From contig NZ_AP024110.1 in the NCBI RefSeq assembly GCF_019703875.1, positions 2,455,912 to 2,519,911 on the forward strand: DNA of 64,000 nucleotides, read 5' to 3'. Each line of letters opens with the position of its first letter. The stretch's first letter is position 1. The notes below the pieces were generated by a model. It did not search any database, was not told the DNA's origin, and saw only the letters and a list, made by a program, of their open reading frames with translations. Origin of the DNA: Methyloradius palustris. GTDB taxonomy: Bacteria > Pseudomonadota > Gammaproteobacteria > Burkholderiales > Methylophilaceae. Positions 39,233 through 51,256 of the stretch are shown piece by piece. The position numbers and the translations under genes are program-made.

Positions 39233-39733
39233 TCAGAACGGAATGTCGTCATCAAAATCGTCAAAGCCTGATCCGCTCGCTGCTGGTTTGGCAGAGGTTG
39301 CTGCTGGCGCTGGGCGTTTAGCTGGTGGTGCAGATGATGATGCACCTTGGCTAGGTGCGTAGGATTGATCCTCATCCATGACTTCATAGGTATTACTGCC
39401 GCTTTTACCGCCTAGCATTTGCATGCGATCTGCAACCACTTCTGTGGTCTGGCGCTCATTGCCTTCTTTATCTTGCCATTTACGGGTTTGCAGACGGCCT
39501 TCAACGTAAACCGATGAGCCTTTTTTGAGATATTCGCCAGCGATTTCAGCAAGCTTGCCGAACATGGAAATACGATGCCATTCGGTGCGTTCCTGCTTCT
39601 GGCCGTTTTTATCTTTCCAGTTGTCTGTAGTGGCAATGCTGAAGTTAGCAAGCGCGTCACCTGATGGCATATAGCGCATTTCAGGGTCACGCCCTAGATT
39701 ACCGACCAAAATTACTTTATTGACTGATGCCAT
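39233..39733 (-). CDS. ssb: single-stranded DNA-binding protein
   Basis: [18 protein letters not shown]...OB-fold; Gly/Ala/Pro-rich linker; acidic DDDIPF tail; start placed at MASV. Confidence 0.9.
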   Translation of the reverse strand: MASVNKVILVGNLGRDPEMRYMPSGDALANFSIATTDNWKDKNGQKQERTEWHRISMFGKLAEIAGEYLKKGSSVYVEGRLQTRKWQDKEGNERQTTEVVADRMQMLGGKSGSNTYEVMDEDQSYAPSQGASSSAPPAKRPAPAATSAKPAASGSGFDDFDDDIPF

Positions 39734-39769
39734 GTTCTCTCCCAATTAATTCCGATGATGTTTCTATGT

Positions 39770-41149
39770 TCAAGCCTCGCCAATCAGGCGTAACACGTTC
39801 TCTTCATCAAACCCTTGCTGCAAGTCTACTTTAAGGATGACTGCGCCTTCGTCAGCAAGGATGACCGCCTCGCGCACACCTGAAACTGCCGCTAATTTTA
39901 AAGACAATTCCTGCCCCTGTGTAGCGGTCATTTCAGCCAGATGATACATCTTACTTTTGACCGCAGGCGGCGCTTGCATGGTGAGCGCGCAAATCAACCA
40001 CATCACCATCAACACACTGCAAAATATAAATACCGATGAAAAGCCATGATAGCTGGATAAGTAACCACCGACTACACCCCCCGCAAATACGCCGAGAGAT
40101 TGCGATGTGTTGTAAACACCAATCGCCGTTCCTTTTGAGGCCGCTGGAGCAAGCTTAGAAATGATTGATGGCAAGATCGCTTCTAGCGTATTAAAGGCAA
40201 TAAAGTAACCCGCCAATGAAATCACGATGCCCCAGAAATGCGTAATAGATGAGGCAAATAAAAGCTGAGCCACCAGCATTAATGAGATTGCTGATAAAAA
40301 CACTTGCTTCAGCTTAGCGCGCTTCTCGCCATAAATAATGGCAGGGACCATCAATGCCAAGCCCAATAGCACCACTGGCAAATACACCTGCCAATGCTGG
40401 TTTTCATTCATGCCACTAGATTGCTTGATAGCAAAAGGCACAACAATAAACATGGCCATTTGTGCCGCATGCAGGGCAAAAATACCGAAATTCAAGCGCA
40501 GCAATTGTGGGTTGCGGAGCACTTCTTTGAGCTTGGATGGTGAAGCTTCACTATCAGAGTGAAAGCGGCTGACCACTGGGTCTGGCACCAGAAATTTAAC
40601 ATCCAGTATCGCCAAAGCTGCTAGCACACCAGTGAGTAGAAATATGCCGGGCACGCCTATCCATTGGTTCAACGCTGGGGCAATGACGAGTGACAATGCA
40701 AAAGTAATACCAATAGTCCCGCCTATCATGGCCATGGCTTTGGTGCGATGTTCTTCTCGCGTGAGATCAGCCACCAGTGCGGTAACAGCAGCAGAAACTG
40801 CACCAGCACCTTGGATAGCGCGGCCAACAATGACCATATAGATATTATCGGCAAAGCCTGCAATCAAGCTGCCAATCACGAAGATCACAAGCCCTATGTA
40901 GATCAGGCGCTTGCGACCAAAGCGGTCTGAGGCCATACCGAATGGCAATTGAAACATGGCTTGGGTTAAACCATAAGCGCCGAGCGCCAAGCCAATCATC
41001 AAATGGTTCTTGCCGCCTGGCAAGGTTTCAGCATAAATAGAGAAAATCGGCAGGATCAAAAACATGCCGAGCATGCGCAATCCATAGATGGACGCAAGGC
41101 TCATGCTAGCCCGCAGCTCGACTGCGGACATTCTTTCAGTGGATTCCAT
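39770..41149 (-). CDS. MFS transporter
   Basis: 459 aa; 12 TM; MFS motif GMASDRFGRKR; conserved ssb-MFS/uvrA divergent arrangement. Confidence 0.85.
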   Translation of the reverse strand: MESTERMSAVELRASMSLASIYGLRMLGMFLILPIFSIYAETLPGGKNHLMIGLALGAYGLTQAMFQLPFGMASDRFGRKRLIYIGLVIFVIGSLIAGFADNIYMVIVGRAIQGAGAVSAAVTALVADLTREEHRTKAMAMIGGTIGITFALSLVIAPALNQWIGVPGIFLLTGVLAALAILDVKFLVPDPVVSRFHSDSEASPSKLKEVLRNPQLLRLNFGIFALHAAQMAMFIVVPFAIKQSSGMNENQHWQVYLPVVLLGLALMVPAIIYGEKRAKLKQVFLSAISLMLVAQLLFASSITHFWGIVISLAGYFIAFNTLEAILPSIISKLAPAASKGTAIGVYNTSQSLGVFAGGVVGGYLSSYHGFSSVFIFCSVLMVMWLICALTMQAPPAVKSKMYHLAEMTATQGQELSLKLAAVSGVREAVILADEGAVILKVDLQQGFDEENVLRLIGEA

Positions 41150-41222
41150 GGAAAAAGTTTGAAATGAAGCGAGTAAATTGCGTATATTAGCAGGTTGCCA
41201 CTTTTAACGTCAGCTAATAGTA

Positions 41223-44036
41223 ATGGACTACATTCGTATACGCGGTGCTCGCACGCACAATCTTAAAAATGTTTCGCTGGACTTGCCCCGCAACAAACTG
41301 ATTGTCATCACTGGGCTCTCTGGCTCGGGGAAATCTTCACTGGCATTTGACACCTTGTATGCAGAAGGTCAGCGGCGCTATGTTGAGTCGCTATCTGCCT
41401 ACGCCCGGCAGTTTCTGGCACGCATGGATAAGCCTGATGTGGATTTAATTGAGGGTTTGTCACCAGCGATCTCAATTGAGCAAAAATCTACTTCGCACAA
41501 CCCGCGCTCTACAGTCGGTACTGTCACTGAAATCCACGATTACCTGCGCTTGCTGTATGCCCGTGCTGGCGACCCAGAGTGCCCAGATCACCATATCAAG
41601 CTTGAAGCACAGACGGTTTCACAGATGGTAGATAGCGTGCTGGCTTTGCCAGAAGACACGAAGCTGATGATACTGGCGCCAGTGGTCAGCAACCGCAAAG
41701 GTGAGCAAGTTGATTTACTTGAAGAGCTGAAATCACAAGGCTTTGTGCGCGTGCGCGTCGATGGCGAAACCTATGAGATGGATGCGGTGCCTAAACTGGC
41801 AAAAACTACAAAACATACTGTAGATGTCGTGATTGACCGTATCAAGGTCAAGCTGGATATGAAGCAGCGTATCGCTGAGTCTTTTGAGACCGCCCTTCGT
41901 CTAGCTGAAGGCAAGGCAATTGCGGTGGAAATGGATACTGGCAAAGAGCATCTATTCTCAGCCAAGTTCTCTTGCCCAATGTGCGACTACTCGCTAGCTG
42001 AGCTTGAGCCGCGCCTGTTCTCATTCAACAACCCGATGGGCGCATGCCCGAAGTGTGATGGCTTGGGTCAAATCAGTTTTTTTGATCCTAAGCGCGTTGT
42101 CGCATTCCCGCATCTTTCGCTGGCTGCTGGCGCAATTAAAGGCTGGGATAAACGTAACCAGTTCTATTTCCAAATGCTGCAAAGCCTGGCTACACATTAC
42201 CGCTTTGATCTCGATACTGCCTTTGAAACGTTGCCTGCACATACACAGCACATGCTCCTGCATGGCAGTGGCAAAGAGCCCGTGGCATTTAAATACCTGA
42301 ACGAGCGCGGCACTTTCTTCCAGAAAAGCCATACCTTTGAAGGCATATTGAATAACCTGCAACGCCGTTATCACGAGACTGACTCCACTACAGTACGGGA
42401 AGAACTGGCTAAATACCTGAACTCGCAAACCTGCCCGGATTGCGCTGGCACGCGTTTACGCACAGAAGCCAGACACGTCAAAGTTGGCGATAAAAACATT
42501 CACGAGGTATGTGAAGTGCCTTTGAAGCAGGCACTTACTTTCTTCGACACACTCACACTGACAGGCGCAAAACTGGCGATCGCTGACAAGATCGTCAAAG
42601 AAATCAGCAACCGTTTGAAGTTCTTAACTAACGTAGGTCTTGAGTATTTATCACTCTCTCGCTCTGCCGAAACACTCTCTGGCGGCGAGGCGCAACGTAT
42701 CCGTCTTGCATCTCAAATCGGGTCAGGTTTAACAGGTGTGATGTACGTGCTGGATGAACCCTCTATCGGCCTGCATCAACGTGACAATGACCGCTTGCTT
42801 GAAACCCTGAAACGCCTGCGCGACATCGGCAACAGTGTGATTGTGGTTGAGCATGACCAAGATGCCATTATGTCCGCAGACTATGTAGTGGATATTGGCC
42901 CAGGTGCAGGCGAGCATGGCGGCCAGATTGTGGCAGAAGGCACGCCTGCTGAAATTCAGGCCAATGAGAACTCACTTACAGGCCAATATCTGAGCGGCAA
43001 GAAACAGATACAGTACAAGAAAAAACGCACCGCCCCAGACCCAGCACGCTGGCTGAATTTGACGCACGCGACTGGCAACAACCTGAAAGATGTCTCCGTC
43101 AAAATACCTGTAGGTTTACTCACTTGCGTGACTGGTGTTTCTGGCTCGGGCAAATCCACACTGATTAACGATACGCTGTATCGCGCTGTGGCCAAGCATC
43201 TTTACGGCAGCTCAACCGAGCCTGCGGCATACGAAGAGATTGATGGTTTGGCCTTTTTCGACAAAGTAGTAGATGTCGATCAAAGCCCGATTGGCCGCAC
43301 GCCAAGATCAAACCCGGCTACTTACACTGGCCTATTCACCCCGATTCGCGATCTGTTTGCGGGCGTGCCTGAGTCACGCGCCCGTGGCTACGGCCCAGGC
43401 CGTTACTCATTCAACGTAAAAGGTGGTCGCTGCGAAGCCTGTCAGGGCGATGGCGTCATCCGTGTTGAAATGCATTTCTTACCAGATGTTTATGTGCCTT
43501 GTGATGTATGCAAAGGCCACCGCTACAACCGCGAGACATTAGAGATATTGTACAAAGGAAAAAATATCCGCGAAGTACTGGAAATGACGGTAGAGCAAGC
43601 GCATGAGTTTTTCAATGCCGTGCCTGTGGTACAACGCAAACTTAGAACATTGCTAGATGTTGGCTTGGGCTACATCACCCTCGGCCAATCCGCCACCACG
43701 CTATCTGGTGGTGAAGCACAGCGTGTGAAGCTAGCACTTGAGTTATCTAAACGAGATACTGGTCGCACGCTTTATATCTTGGATGAACCAACCACTGGCC
43801 TGCACTTTGCTGACATTCAACTGCTCTTAGATGTATTACACAGACTGCGTGATCATGGCAACACGATTGTGATCATCGAGCATAATCTGGATGTGATCAA
43901 AACGGCTGACTGGCTGATTGACATGGGCCCTGAAGGTGGAGATGGGGGCGGCATGGTGATTGCAGAAGGTACTCCTGAAAAGGTTGCCGCAAGTGAAGAT
44001 AGTTATACTGGGAAATATCTTAAACTGATGCTGTAA
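41223..44036 (+). CDS. uvrA: excinuclease ABC subunit A
   Basis: 937 aa; two ABC ATPase modules ([18 protein letters not shown]) and zinc-finger Cys clusters. Confidence 0.97.
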   Translation: MDYIRIRGARTHNLKNVSLDLPRNKLIVITGLSGSGKSSLAFDTLYAEGQRRYVESLSAYARQFLARMDKPDVDLIEGLSPAISIEQKSTSHNPRSTVGTVTEIHDYLRLLYARAGDPECPDHHIKLEAQTVSQMVDSVLALPEDTKLMILAPVVSNRKGEQVDLLEELKSQGFVRVRVDGETYEMDAVPKLAKTTKHTVDVVIDRIKVKLDMKQRIAESFETALRLAEGKAIAVEMDTGKEHLFSAKFSCPMCDYSLAELEPRLFSFNNPMGACPKCDGLGQISFFDPKRVVAFPHLSLAAGAIKGWDKRNQFYFQMLQSLATHYRFDLDTAFETLPAHTQHMLLHGSGKEPVAFKYLNERGTFFQKSHTFEGILNNLQRRYHETDSTTVREELAKYLNSQTCPDCAGTRLRTEARHVKVGDKNIHEVCEVPLKQALTFFDTLTLTGAKLAIADKIVKEISNRLKFLTNVGLEYLSLSRSAETLSGGEAQRIRLASQIGSGLTGVMYVLDEPSIGLHQRDNDRLLETLKRLRDIGNSVIVVEHDQDAIMSADYVVDIGPGAGEHGGQIVAEGTPAEIQANENSLTGQYLSGKKQIQYKKKRTAPDPARWLNLTHATGNNLKDVSVKIPVGLLTCVTGVSGSGKSTLINDTLYRAVAKHLYGSSTEPAAYEEIDGLAFFDKVVDVDQSPIGRTPRSNPATYTGLFTPIRDLFAGVPESRARGYGPGRYSFNVKGGRCEACQGDGVIRVEMHFLPDVYVPCDVCKGHRYNRETLEILYKGKNIREVLEMTVEQAHEFFNAVPVVQRKLRTLLDVGLGYITLGQSATTLSGGEAQRVKLALELSKRDTGRTLYILDEPTTGLHFADIQLLLDVLHRLRDHGNTIVIIEHNLDVIKTADWLIDMGPEGGDGGGMVIAEGTPEKVAASEDSYTGKYLKLML

Positions 44037-44074
44037 ACGATTTAGCCAGAAAACAGTTCGACGAGAATAGTACG

Positions 44075-44302
44075 ATGAAAATACCTAGGAAATATGAGCT
44101 CCTGACATTTGCATTTTTTATGTCCATGATGATGGCATTTATTATGTCAGGCGTGCTTACCGCCTTGCTTACAGGGCTTAATTCAGACTTCTTTTACCAT
44201 TGGATGCGGGCGTTTGCTACCGCTTGGGTGATTGCATTCCCTGCTGTCACTATAGTTGCACCATTTGCCCGCAAACTAGCGGCATTGGTATTAGAACCCT
44301 AA
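44075..44302 (+). CDS. DUF2798-family small membrane protein
   Basis: 75 aa; two TM helices. Confidence 0.55.
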   Translation: MKIPRKYELLTFAFFMSMMMAFIMSGVLTALLTGLNSDFFYHWMRAFATAWVIAFPAVTIVAPFARKLAALVLEP

Positions 44303-44326
44303 AACACAACTGTCAGCGAGCGCTGA

Positions 44327-45019
44327 CTAAGGCACAGTGACCTGATTCATTCGTGCCTGAATAATATCAGTTTTTCTGGCTAGTCCGCGTGCACCTTGGT
44401 GCTTATCGTAAAACCTGGGATTAGGGATCATCGCCGCAAGTTTTGCAGCCTGATAGGCGTTTAGGTTGCTGGCACTTACCTGAAAATAATGCCTGGCAGC
44501 GGCATCAGCACCAAACAAACCATTACCCCACTCAATCACATTCAGGTATATCTCAAAGATACGTTGCTTGGTCATCACTTGCTCAAGCATAAGCGTAATA
44601 ATGGCTTCCTGCCCTTTGCGCCAAGGCGTACGCTTGCTAGATAAGAACAGATTCTTGGCAAGCTGCTGGCTTATAGTAGAGCCGCCAGCGACGATCTTGC
44701 CTTTTTTCATGTTCTTGTCGAAAGCCTTTTGCATGCCATCCCAATCAAAGCCCTCATGCTCAATGAATTTTGAATCTTCAGATGCAATCACCGCACGCTT
44801 GAGGTTGATGGATATACGCCTGTAATCGACCCACTGATGTTTGAGCACCACATCCGGGTTGTCTTCCTGCATCACTTCAAGACGGGTTTCCATGAATGCG
44901 CTGGATGAGGGGTCATGGTTCACCCACCAGCAGATATGCGCAAATATCCAGAGTTGGTACAGCACAACCCAGACCAGCAGCGCGATCAGACTACGCCATA
45001 AAAACTGCTTGAAAGTCAT
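44327..45019 (-). CDS. mtgA: monofunctional biosynthetic peptidoglycan transglycosylase
   Basis: 230 aa; N-terminal TM; GT51 motifs (IASEDSKFIEHEGFD, GGSTISQQLAKN). Confidence 0.9.
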   Translation of the reverse strand: MTFKQFLWRSLIALLVWVVLYQLWIFAHICWWVNHDPSSSAFMETRLEVMQEDNPDVVLKHQWVDYRRISINLKRAVIASEDSKFIEHEGFDWDGMQKAFDKNMKKGKIVAGGSTISQQLAKNLFLSSKRTPWRKGQEAIITLMLEQVMTKQRIFEIYLNVIEWGNGLFGADAAARHYFQVSASNLNAYQAAKLAAMIPNPRFYDKHQGARGLARKTDIIQARMNQVTVP

Positions 45020-45837
45020 ACCCTGAAACTAGCAATCACAGGCGCTGTATTCGGCCTGACTTGATGCCACAGGTAAAATGCCTCAGCTGCTTGTTCAACC
45101 AGCATACCAAGGCCATCAGCCACCTCAGCGCCATGAGCGCGTGCAAATTGCATGAATGGCGTTTCGCGGCCATACATCATTTCGTAAGCAAGGGCACCTT
45201 GAGCAAAAATGCTTTCAGGGAGAGGCAGATGGCTATCACTCAAACCAGCAGAGGTAGCATTGACGATGACATCAAACGCTTGTTCGCCTAAGTCATCGAA
45301 GGCATGCGCATTCACCGATACATAACGATGCTCACCCTGCTCAACCACTTTTTTGATCATGCTCAAGGCTTTATCCAATGTACGGTTGGTAATAATGAGC
45401 AATTGCGGCTTTTGCTCGAGTATGGGGTGTAGCACCCCTTCAGCCGCACCGCCCGCACCAATCAAAAGCACGCGCTTGCCAGCCAATGAAATATGTAGGT
45501 TCTGCTCAATGTCACGAACAAGGCCAACCCCATCCGTATTATCGCCAACAATACCATCTTGATTAAAAATCAGCGTATTCACTGCACCAGCATCGTGCGC
45601 ACGTTCTGTTAGATGCTGAGCGATACGGAAAGCCTCAAGCTTGAAAGGCACGGTGACATTAGCCCCCTTAAAACCATTCTCTTGCAGCGCTTGAACTGTA
45701 GCATCAAAACCATCGAGTGGAGATAACACTCGCGTGTATTCAATATTGAGATGCGTCTCTTCAGCAAATGCCTGATGTATTTGTGGCGATTTGCTATGTG
45801 CGATTGGGTTACCAATTACTGCATATTTTTTCAGCAT
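45016..45837 (-). CDS. aroE: shikimate dehydrogenase
   Basis: MLKKYAVIGNPIAHSKSP...NVTVPFK...GAGGAA pattern; start moved to the internal MLKKY Met (ORF track gives an upstream start). Confidence 0.9.
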   Translation of the reverse strand: MLKKYAVIGNPIAHSKSPQIHQAFAEETHLNIEYTRVLSPLDGFDATVQALQENGFKGANVTVPFKLEAFRIAQHLTERAHDAGAVNTLIFNQDGIVGDNTDGVGLVRDIEQNLHISLAGKRVLLIGAGGAAEGVLHPILEQKPQLLIITNRTLDKALSMIKKVVEQGEHRYVSVNAHAFDDLGEQAFDVIVNATSAGLSDSHLPLPESIFAQGALAYEMMYGRETPFMQFARAHGAEVADGLGMLVEQAAEAFYLWHQVRPNTAPVIASFRV

Positions 45838-45853
45838 GATCAAACTAGTAGCA

Positions 45854-46309
45854 TTAACCGTGTGTCCACGGCAGCTCGGCAACTTTCCATCCATTGATCT
45901 TTCCGCGCTGCTTAGTCTCGGGTTCTGCAGCCCCTTCGAAACCTTCAAGTACGTTGTAGGCTTCAGCAAAGCCTAGCTGATTGGCCAACACGGCAGCATT
46001 GTGAGAGCGGCCACCAGTGCGGCATATGAACATGACTAGTGACTCTTTATCCACCTGCATTTCAAGATGCGTTGCAAAGTCTGGATTAGCTTGCCAGCCT
46101 GGATAAAATGACCATTCGATAGCTACCGCAGCAGGGATTCTGCCTACCAACTCTAGCTCAGCACGACTACGCACATCGACCAGTTTTGCGGCAGAGGTTA
46201 GCGTCAATACATCCTGCGCTTCACTTGGTGTTAATGCGCCCGCGTAAGGTAATTTGTTTTCTTCAGCACGTTGCTTGGCTTTTTCTAAAATGCTACTTAA
46301 GGTTTTCAT
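45854..46309 (-). CDS. rhodanese-domain sulfurtransferase
   Basis: 151 aa; active-site loop CRTGGRS. Confidence 0.75.
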   Translation of the reverse strand: MKTLSSILEKAKQRAEENKLPYAGALTPSEAQDVLTLTSAAKLVDVRSRAELELVGRIPAAVAIEWSFYPGWQANPDFATHLEMQVDKESLVMFICRTGGRSHNAAVLANQLGFAEAYNVLEGFEGAAEPETKQRGKINGWKVAELPWTHG

Positions 46310-46440
46310 GGTGACTCCGAATTACTATTGTTTTTAAGTTAAACTAATTGGTAGAGCAGGCAGTTAGCTTAATTAAATAACCTTGATGGCCTTAGAGTAT
46401 AGCTACATTTGCAAGCCCCTGCATCAAGGCTAAGCTGAAC

Positions 46441-46496
46441 GCACCTTTTAAGTGCGCATGCTTTATTGATAGCACTTTATTTGTGCGTTGAATGAT
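46441..46496 (+). promoter_or_regulatory. tandem NtrC-like enhancer sites upstream of glnA
   Basis: GCACC-ttttaa-GTGC (46441-46456) and GCAC-tttattt-GTGC (46482-46496) dyads, about 90 and 130 bp upstream of the sigma54 element. Confidence 0.5.
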
Positions 46497-46546
46497 ATTT
46501 TCTTTTCTAAATAACTGTGTGAGAATAGAAATCCAGCTTTTTTGAA

Positions 46547-46561
46547 TGGCATGTTTAATGC
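46547..46561 (+). promoter_or_regulatory. sigma54 (-24/-12) promoter of glnA
   Basis: TGGCAT-gtttaa-TGC: GG-N10-GC spacing matches TGGCAC-N5-TTGC; about 50 bp upstream of the glnA ATG. Confidence 0.6.
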
Positions 46562-46610
46562 TAGTAAAACATGACATATTTTTCCACCCAACTGCACTCA
46601 GGAGAACCAA

Positions 46611-48020
46611 ATGGCAGTCGCCGACGTAATGAAAATGGTAAAAGAAAACGACATTAAATTTGTTGATTTCCGTTTCACCGATACTCGTGGTAAAGAACAA
46701 CATGTAACCGTGCCTGTTTCTGCGTTTAATGAAGACAAATTCACCGAAGGCCATGCGTTTGATGGTTCATCGATTGCTGGTTGGAAAGGCATTCAAGCCT
46801 CTGACATGCAACTGATGCCTGATGCAGAAACTGCAAATATCGATCCATTCATGGACGAGCCTACCCTGATTTTAACCTGTGACGTGGTTGACCCAACCGA
46901 CGGCAAAGGCTATGACCGTGACCCACGTAGCTTGGCAAAACGTGCTGAAGCTTACTTAAAATCAAGTGGCTTAGGTGACACTGCCTACTTTGGCCCTGAA
47001 CCAGAGTTCTTCATTTTTGACTCTATCAACTGGTCGGTTGACATGAGTGGCTGTGGTGTAAAAATCAATTCAGAAGAAGCTGCTTGGTCATCTGCTGATA
47101 AATTTGAAGGCGGCAATACAGGCCATCGCCCAGGTATCAAAGGCGGTTATTTCCCAGTGCCTCCAGTCGATTCATTGCAAGATATCCGCTCTGCAATGAG
47201 CTTGACTTTAGAAGCCATGGGCGTGCCTGTTGAAGTGCATCACCATGAAGTTGCAACTGCTGGTCAATGTGAAATCGGTACACAATTCAGCACACTGACC
47301 AAGCGCGCTGACTGGACACAAATTCTGAAATACGTAGTACTGAACACAGCACACGCTTACGGCAAAACAGCGACTTTTATGCCTAAGCCTATGTTTGGTG
47401 ATAACGGTTCTGGTATGCACGTTCACCAATCTGTATGGAAAGATGGCAAGAACCTGTTTGCAGGTAGCGGCTATGCTGGACTGAGTGATTTCGCGCTGTA
47501 CTACATCGGCGGCATTATCAAACATGCGCGTGCTTTGAACGCGATTACCAACCCAGGCACAAACTCATACAAACGCTTAGTGCCACATTACGAAGCGCCA
47601 GTTAAATTGGCTTACTCTGCTAAAAACCGTTCTGCTGCTATCCGTATTCCATTTGTACATTCTGATAAGGCACGTCGCGTTGAAGCACGCTTCCCAGACC
47701 CGATTGCTAACCCATACTTGGCTTTCAGTGCCTTGTTAATGGCTGGTCTTGACGGCGTACAAAACAAGATTCACCCAGGTGAGCCAGCAACAAAAGACTT
47801 GTACCATCTGCCACCTGAAGAAGATGCATTGATTCCAACCGTTTGTTCTTCACTTGAGCAAGCGCTGGAATATCTGGATAAAGACCGCGAGTTCTTGACC
47901 CGCGGCGGTGTGTTCTCTGAAGACTGGATTGACGCTTACATCACATTGAAGATGGAAGAAGTCACCAAGCTTCGTCAAACACCTCACCCAGTTGAGTTCG
48001 GTTTGTACTATAGCTGCTAA
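46611..48020 (+). CDS. glnA: glutamine synthetase type I
   Basis: 469 aa; canonical GSI motifs including adenylylation-site region (NPYLAF). Confidence 0.97.
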   Translation: MAVADVMKMVKENDIKFVDFRFTDTRGKEQHVTVPVSAFNEDKFTEGHAFDGSSIAGWKGIQASDMQLMPDAETANIDPFMDEPTLILTCDVVDPTDGKGYDRDPRSLAKRAEAYLKSSGLGDTAYFGPEPEFFIFDSINWSVDMSGCGVKINSEEAAWSSADKFEGGNTGHRPGIKGGYFPVPPVDSLQDIRSAMSLTLEAMGVPVEVHHHEVATAGQCEIGTQFSTLTKRADWTQILKYVVLNTAHAYGKTATFMPKPMFGDNGSGMHVHQSVWKDGKNLFAGSGYAGLSDFALYYIGGIIKHARALNAITNPGTNSYKRLVPHYEAPVKLAYSAKNRSAAIRIPFVHSDKARRVEARFPDPIANPYLAFSALLMAGLDGVQNKIHPGEPATKDLYHLPPEEDALIPTVCSSLEQALEYLDKDREFLTRGGVFSEDWIDAYITLKMEEVTKLRQTPHPVEFGLYYSC

Positions 48021-48057
48021 GCATTGAATCAACTTAGCAACTAGCTAACAACAGCAA

Positions 48058-48090
48058 TAAAAAAGGCGGGGTAACCCGCCTTTTTTATTT
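48058..48090 (+). terminator. glnA rho-independent terminator
   Basis: AAAAAA-GGCGGG-gtaa-CCCGCC-TTTTTTATTTTT. Confidence 0.85.
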
Positions 48091-48177
48091 TTATTATTCT
48101 GCTCAAGTCCCTGCTATTCCACGAACTAGTCCGCAATCACGTTGCCTCAATATTGGTTCTCAACTAAACTAAAGTAC

Positions 48178-48684
48178 ATGAAAAAATCATTGTCAGCCCT
48201 CTCAGTATTGATCACTGCATGTATATATATACCTAGTGCCTATGCAGACATTTATAGCTGCGTAGATGATAAAGGCCAAACTGCATTTGCTGACTCAAAG
48301 AACAAAATAGCTTATAAGAATTGTAAGCTCATCATGCGCGATGATAGCTCGCCCGTTGCTACTTCTGGCATAAGTAATAATGGTACCAAAACCGCCACGC
48401 CAATCAACTTCCCCAGAATTGATAAAAAAACCCAAAGCCAGCGGGATGATAAACGCAAAGACATTTTGCAAACTGAGCTGGATACAGAAAAAAAAGCGCT
48501 TGCTGACGTGCAAAAAAGTTATGATCAAGATAGTAAAAACGCGGTGTTTATGAGAGCGAATAACATTAAAGAGCCTGCCAAAATCGCACAGTTTGATGAC
48601 AACCTGAAACGCCAGCAAGATGAGATCAATACTCACCAGCAGAACATAAAACTGCTACAAAAAGAACTGAATTCCATCCAGTAA
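48178..48684 (+). CDS. DUF4124-domain periplasmic protein
   Basis: Signal peptide; DIYSCVDDKGQTAF DUF4124 motif; coiled-coil C-terminus; typical glnA-ntrB spacer gene in betaproteobacteria. Confidence 0.6.
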   Translation: MKKSLSALSVLITACIYIPSAYADIYSCVDDKGQTAFADSKNKIAYKNCKLIMRDDSSPVATSGISNNGTKTATPINFPRIDKKTQSQRDDKRKDILQTELDTEKKALADVQKSYDQDSKNAVFMRANNIKEPAKIAQFDDNLKRQQDEINTHQQNIKLLQKELNSIQ

Positions 48685-48723
48685 CAACATAACCTCTGGC
48701 CTAGCTTTTGCTTATCCAGCTTA

Positions 48724-49806
48724 ATGGATCATAAAATTCCTTCTTCATTCACAGGCCTAGAACATCTTGCTACCGCGGTTATCCTGATCGATACCGAGCG
48801 TAAAGTAGTGTATGCAAATCCGGCAGCAGAAATATTGTTTGCCGTAAGCGCCAAGCAGATTACTGATGTCAATATCTCTCAGGTATTTCCTGATTGTGAA
48901 ATTCTTCACTCGGCCGTTGAAAATGCCATCATTAACAACAGTCCGTTTCGCGAGCATGAGTTTTTAATCACGACCAGCCGCCAGAACTCGATTGCTGTGA
49001 CCTGTACTGTTACCCCTGTTGACCTAGCTCCAACATGCCTCTTATTAGAATTCCAGCAAATGGATCAACAGTTGCGCATTGCACGTGAAGAGCGGATGCT
49101 GATTCAACAACAAGCCAATGCGGAGTTGCTGCGCAACTTAGCACATGAAATCCGCAACCCATTAGGCGGCTTGCGTGGCGCAGCGCAATTATTGGAACAT
49201 GAGTTACCGCAAGTCAATCTGCGTGAGTACACGCAAGTCATCATCAAAGAAGCTGACCGCCTGCAATCTTTGATGGATAGACTGCTCATGCCACATCGCG
49301 TGCCTAAATATGAACCTACCAACGTACATGAAGTATTGGAGCGCGTGCGCAGCCTATTACTTGCAGAATCGCCCAAAGGCATCAGGGTAAGACGTGATTA
49401 TGATACCAGCCTACCAGAGTTGATCGGCGACCGTGAAAAACTCATTCAGGCAGTATTGAACATTGCACGCAATGCAGTACAAGCTATGCAAGGCCAAGGT
49501 GAAGTCATATTGCGTACACGTGCTGAGCGGCAAGTCACGCTAGCCAAAAAGCGCTACCGTGTCGCCATCAAGCTACAGATTATTGATAATGGCCCTGGCA
49601 TACCAGCAGATATTCGTGAGCGTATATTTTATCCATTAGTTTCTGGACGCGATGGCGGTACGGGGCTTGGACTGACTCTGGCACAAACATTTATTACGCA
49701 ACATCATGGCATGATCGACTGCATCAGCCAGCCGGGCAATACCAACTTTACTATCCTGCTACCCATCGAAACAACCGCCTTAAAAGGGTTTATCGTAAGG
49801 CAATAA
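48724..49806 (+). CDS. glnL: nitrogen regulation sensor kinase NtrB
   Basis: PAS; HisKA (LAHEIRNPLGGLRGAAQLL); HATPase (GTGLGL). Confidence 0.9.
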   Translation: MDHKIPSSFTGLEHLATAVILIDTERKVVYANPAAEILFAVSAKQITDVNISQVFPDCEILHSAVENAIINNSPFREHEFLITTSRQNSIAVTCTVTPVDLAPTCLLLEFQQMDQQLRIAREERMLIQQQANAELLRNLAHEIRNPLGGLRGAAQLLEHELPQVNLREYTQVIIKEADRLQSLMDRLLMPHRVPKYEPTNVHEVLERVRSLLLAESPKGIRVRRDYDTSLPELIGDREKLIQAVLNIARNAVQAMQGQGEVILRTRAERQVTLAKKRYRVAIKLQIIDNGPGIPADIRERIFYPLVSGRDGGTGLGLTLAQTFITQHHGMIDCISQPGNTNFTILLPIETTALKGFIVRQ

Positions 49807-49844
49807 TCAACACTGCAACATTAGACTGAAACAATAGGCTTAAT

Positions 49845-51233
49845 ATGAAATCAATCTGGATCATCGACGACGACAAATCAATCCGCTGGGTGTTTGAAAA
49901 AGCACTGGCACGCACAGACATGCAGTTCAAAACCTTTGCCTCTGTGCCAGAAGCGCTGAATGCACTCAATCATGATGAGCCGCAAGTAGTCGTCAGCGAC
50001 ATCCGCATGCCAAATGGCTCTGGCCTAGATTTCCTGCAAGTGCTGAAAGAACGGCTGCCAGAAACCCCAGTAATCATCATGACAGCCTATTCTGATCTAG
50101 AAAGCGCAGTCGCCGCATTTCAAGGTGGCGCTTTTGAATATTTGGCCAAACCTTTCGATGTTGATCAGGCAATCGATGTTATTCGCCGCGCAGTAGAGGA
50201 AAGCATGCGTCAGGCGACTGAAACCGTAGATACGGAAGAAACGCCAGAAATCATTGGTCAAGCGCCTGCCATGCAAGAAGTATTTCGTGCGATTGGTCGT
50301 TTAAGCCGTTCGCACGCCACTGTATTAATCAACGGTGAATCTGGTACAGGCAAAGAACTCGTTGCCAGCGCCTTACATAGGCATAGCCCGCGCGCTGATA
50401 AAACTTTTATAGCCATCAACACTGCTGCTATCCCAAAAGATTTGCTGGAGTCCGAATTATTTGGCCACGAACGTGGCGCATTTACGGGTGCTCAAGCCGC
50501 AAGACGTGGCCGCTTTGAACAAGCAGATGGTGGCACGCTATTCTTGGATGAAATCGGTGATATGCCATCCGATTTGCAAACCCGCCTTTTGCGTGTATTG
50601 TGCGACGGTCAGTTTTATCGGGTCGGCGGCCATCAACCTGTTAAGGTCAACGTACGCATTATCGCCGCCACCCATCAAGACCTTGAAGAGCGCGTCAAGC
50701 TAGGACTCTTCCGTGAAGACTTATTCCACAGACTCAATGTCATTCGCCTACGCCTACCTCCACTACGTGAACGACGTGAAGACGTACCATTACTGGTCAA
50801 ACACTTCCTCCAACATAGCGCGCACGAGCTAGGAGTAGAAACAAAACAACCTTCAGCCGCAGCATTGCGTTACCTAGCCACCATGAGCTGGAGTGGTAAT
50901 GTACGTCAACTTGAAAACGTATGCCATTGGCTCACCGTCATGGCACCAGGCCAAAATATTGATGTAGCCGATTTACCACCAGAGCTTAAAGAAGATGGGT
51001 CCAAACCACTCAGCGCATCATCATGGCAAGAAGCACTTGCCTCTGAAGTGATGGATGCACTCAATCGTGGTGAGCAAGAAATCCTGGAAACTCGTACCAA
51101 AGAGTTTGAAAAAATACTCATCAGCAAGGCCCTAGTTCATACGGGTGGTCGTCGCATAGAAGCTGCCACTCAGTTAGGTATGGGACGTAATACATTAACG
51201 AGAAAAATACAGGAATTGGGAATCGAAGAGTAA
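49845..51233 (+). CDS. glnG: nitrogen regulation response regulator NtrC (sigma54 activator)
   Basis: REC; AAA+ sigma54-interaction domain ([14 protein letters not shown]); Fis-type HTH. Confidence 0.92.
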   Translation: MKSIWIIDDDKSIRWVFEKALARTDMQFKTFASVPEALNALNHDEPQVVVSDIRMPNGSGLDFLQVLKERLPETPVIIMTAYSDLESAVAAFQGGAFEYLAKPFDVDQAIDVIRRAVEESMRQATETVDTEETPEIIGQAPAMQEVFRAIGRLSRSHATVLINGESGTGKELVASALHRHSPRADKTFIAINTAAIPKDLLESELFGHERGAFTGAQAARRGRFEQADGGTLFLDEIGDMPSDLQTRLLRVLCDGQFYRVGGHQPVKVNVRIIAATHQDLEERVKLGLFREDLFHRLNVIRLRLPPLRERREDVPLLVKHFLQHSAHELGVETKQPSAAALRYLATMSWSGNVRQLENVCHWLTVMAPGQNIDVADLPPELKEDGSKPLSASSWQEALASEVMDALNRGEQEILETRTKEFEKILISKALVHTGGRRIEAATQLGMGRNTLTRKIQELGIEE

Positions 51234-51256
51234 TCTCTGACTCACTAGCATCTTAG

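Noticed and set aside
46392-46792. Minus-strand ORFs of 120 and 64 aa overlapping the glnA promoter and 5' end
   Set aside because: They overlap the sigma54/NtrC regulatory region and the glnA N-terminus and are AT-rich with no RBS. They are spurious.
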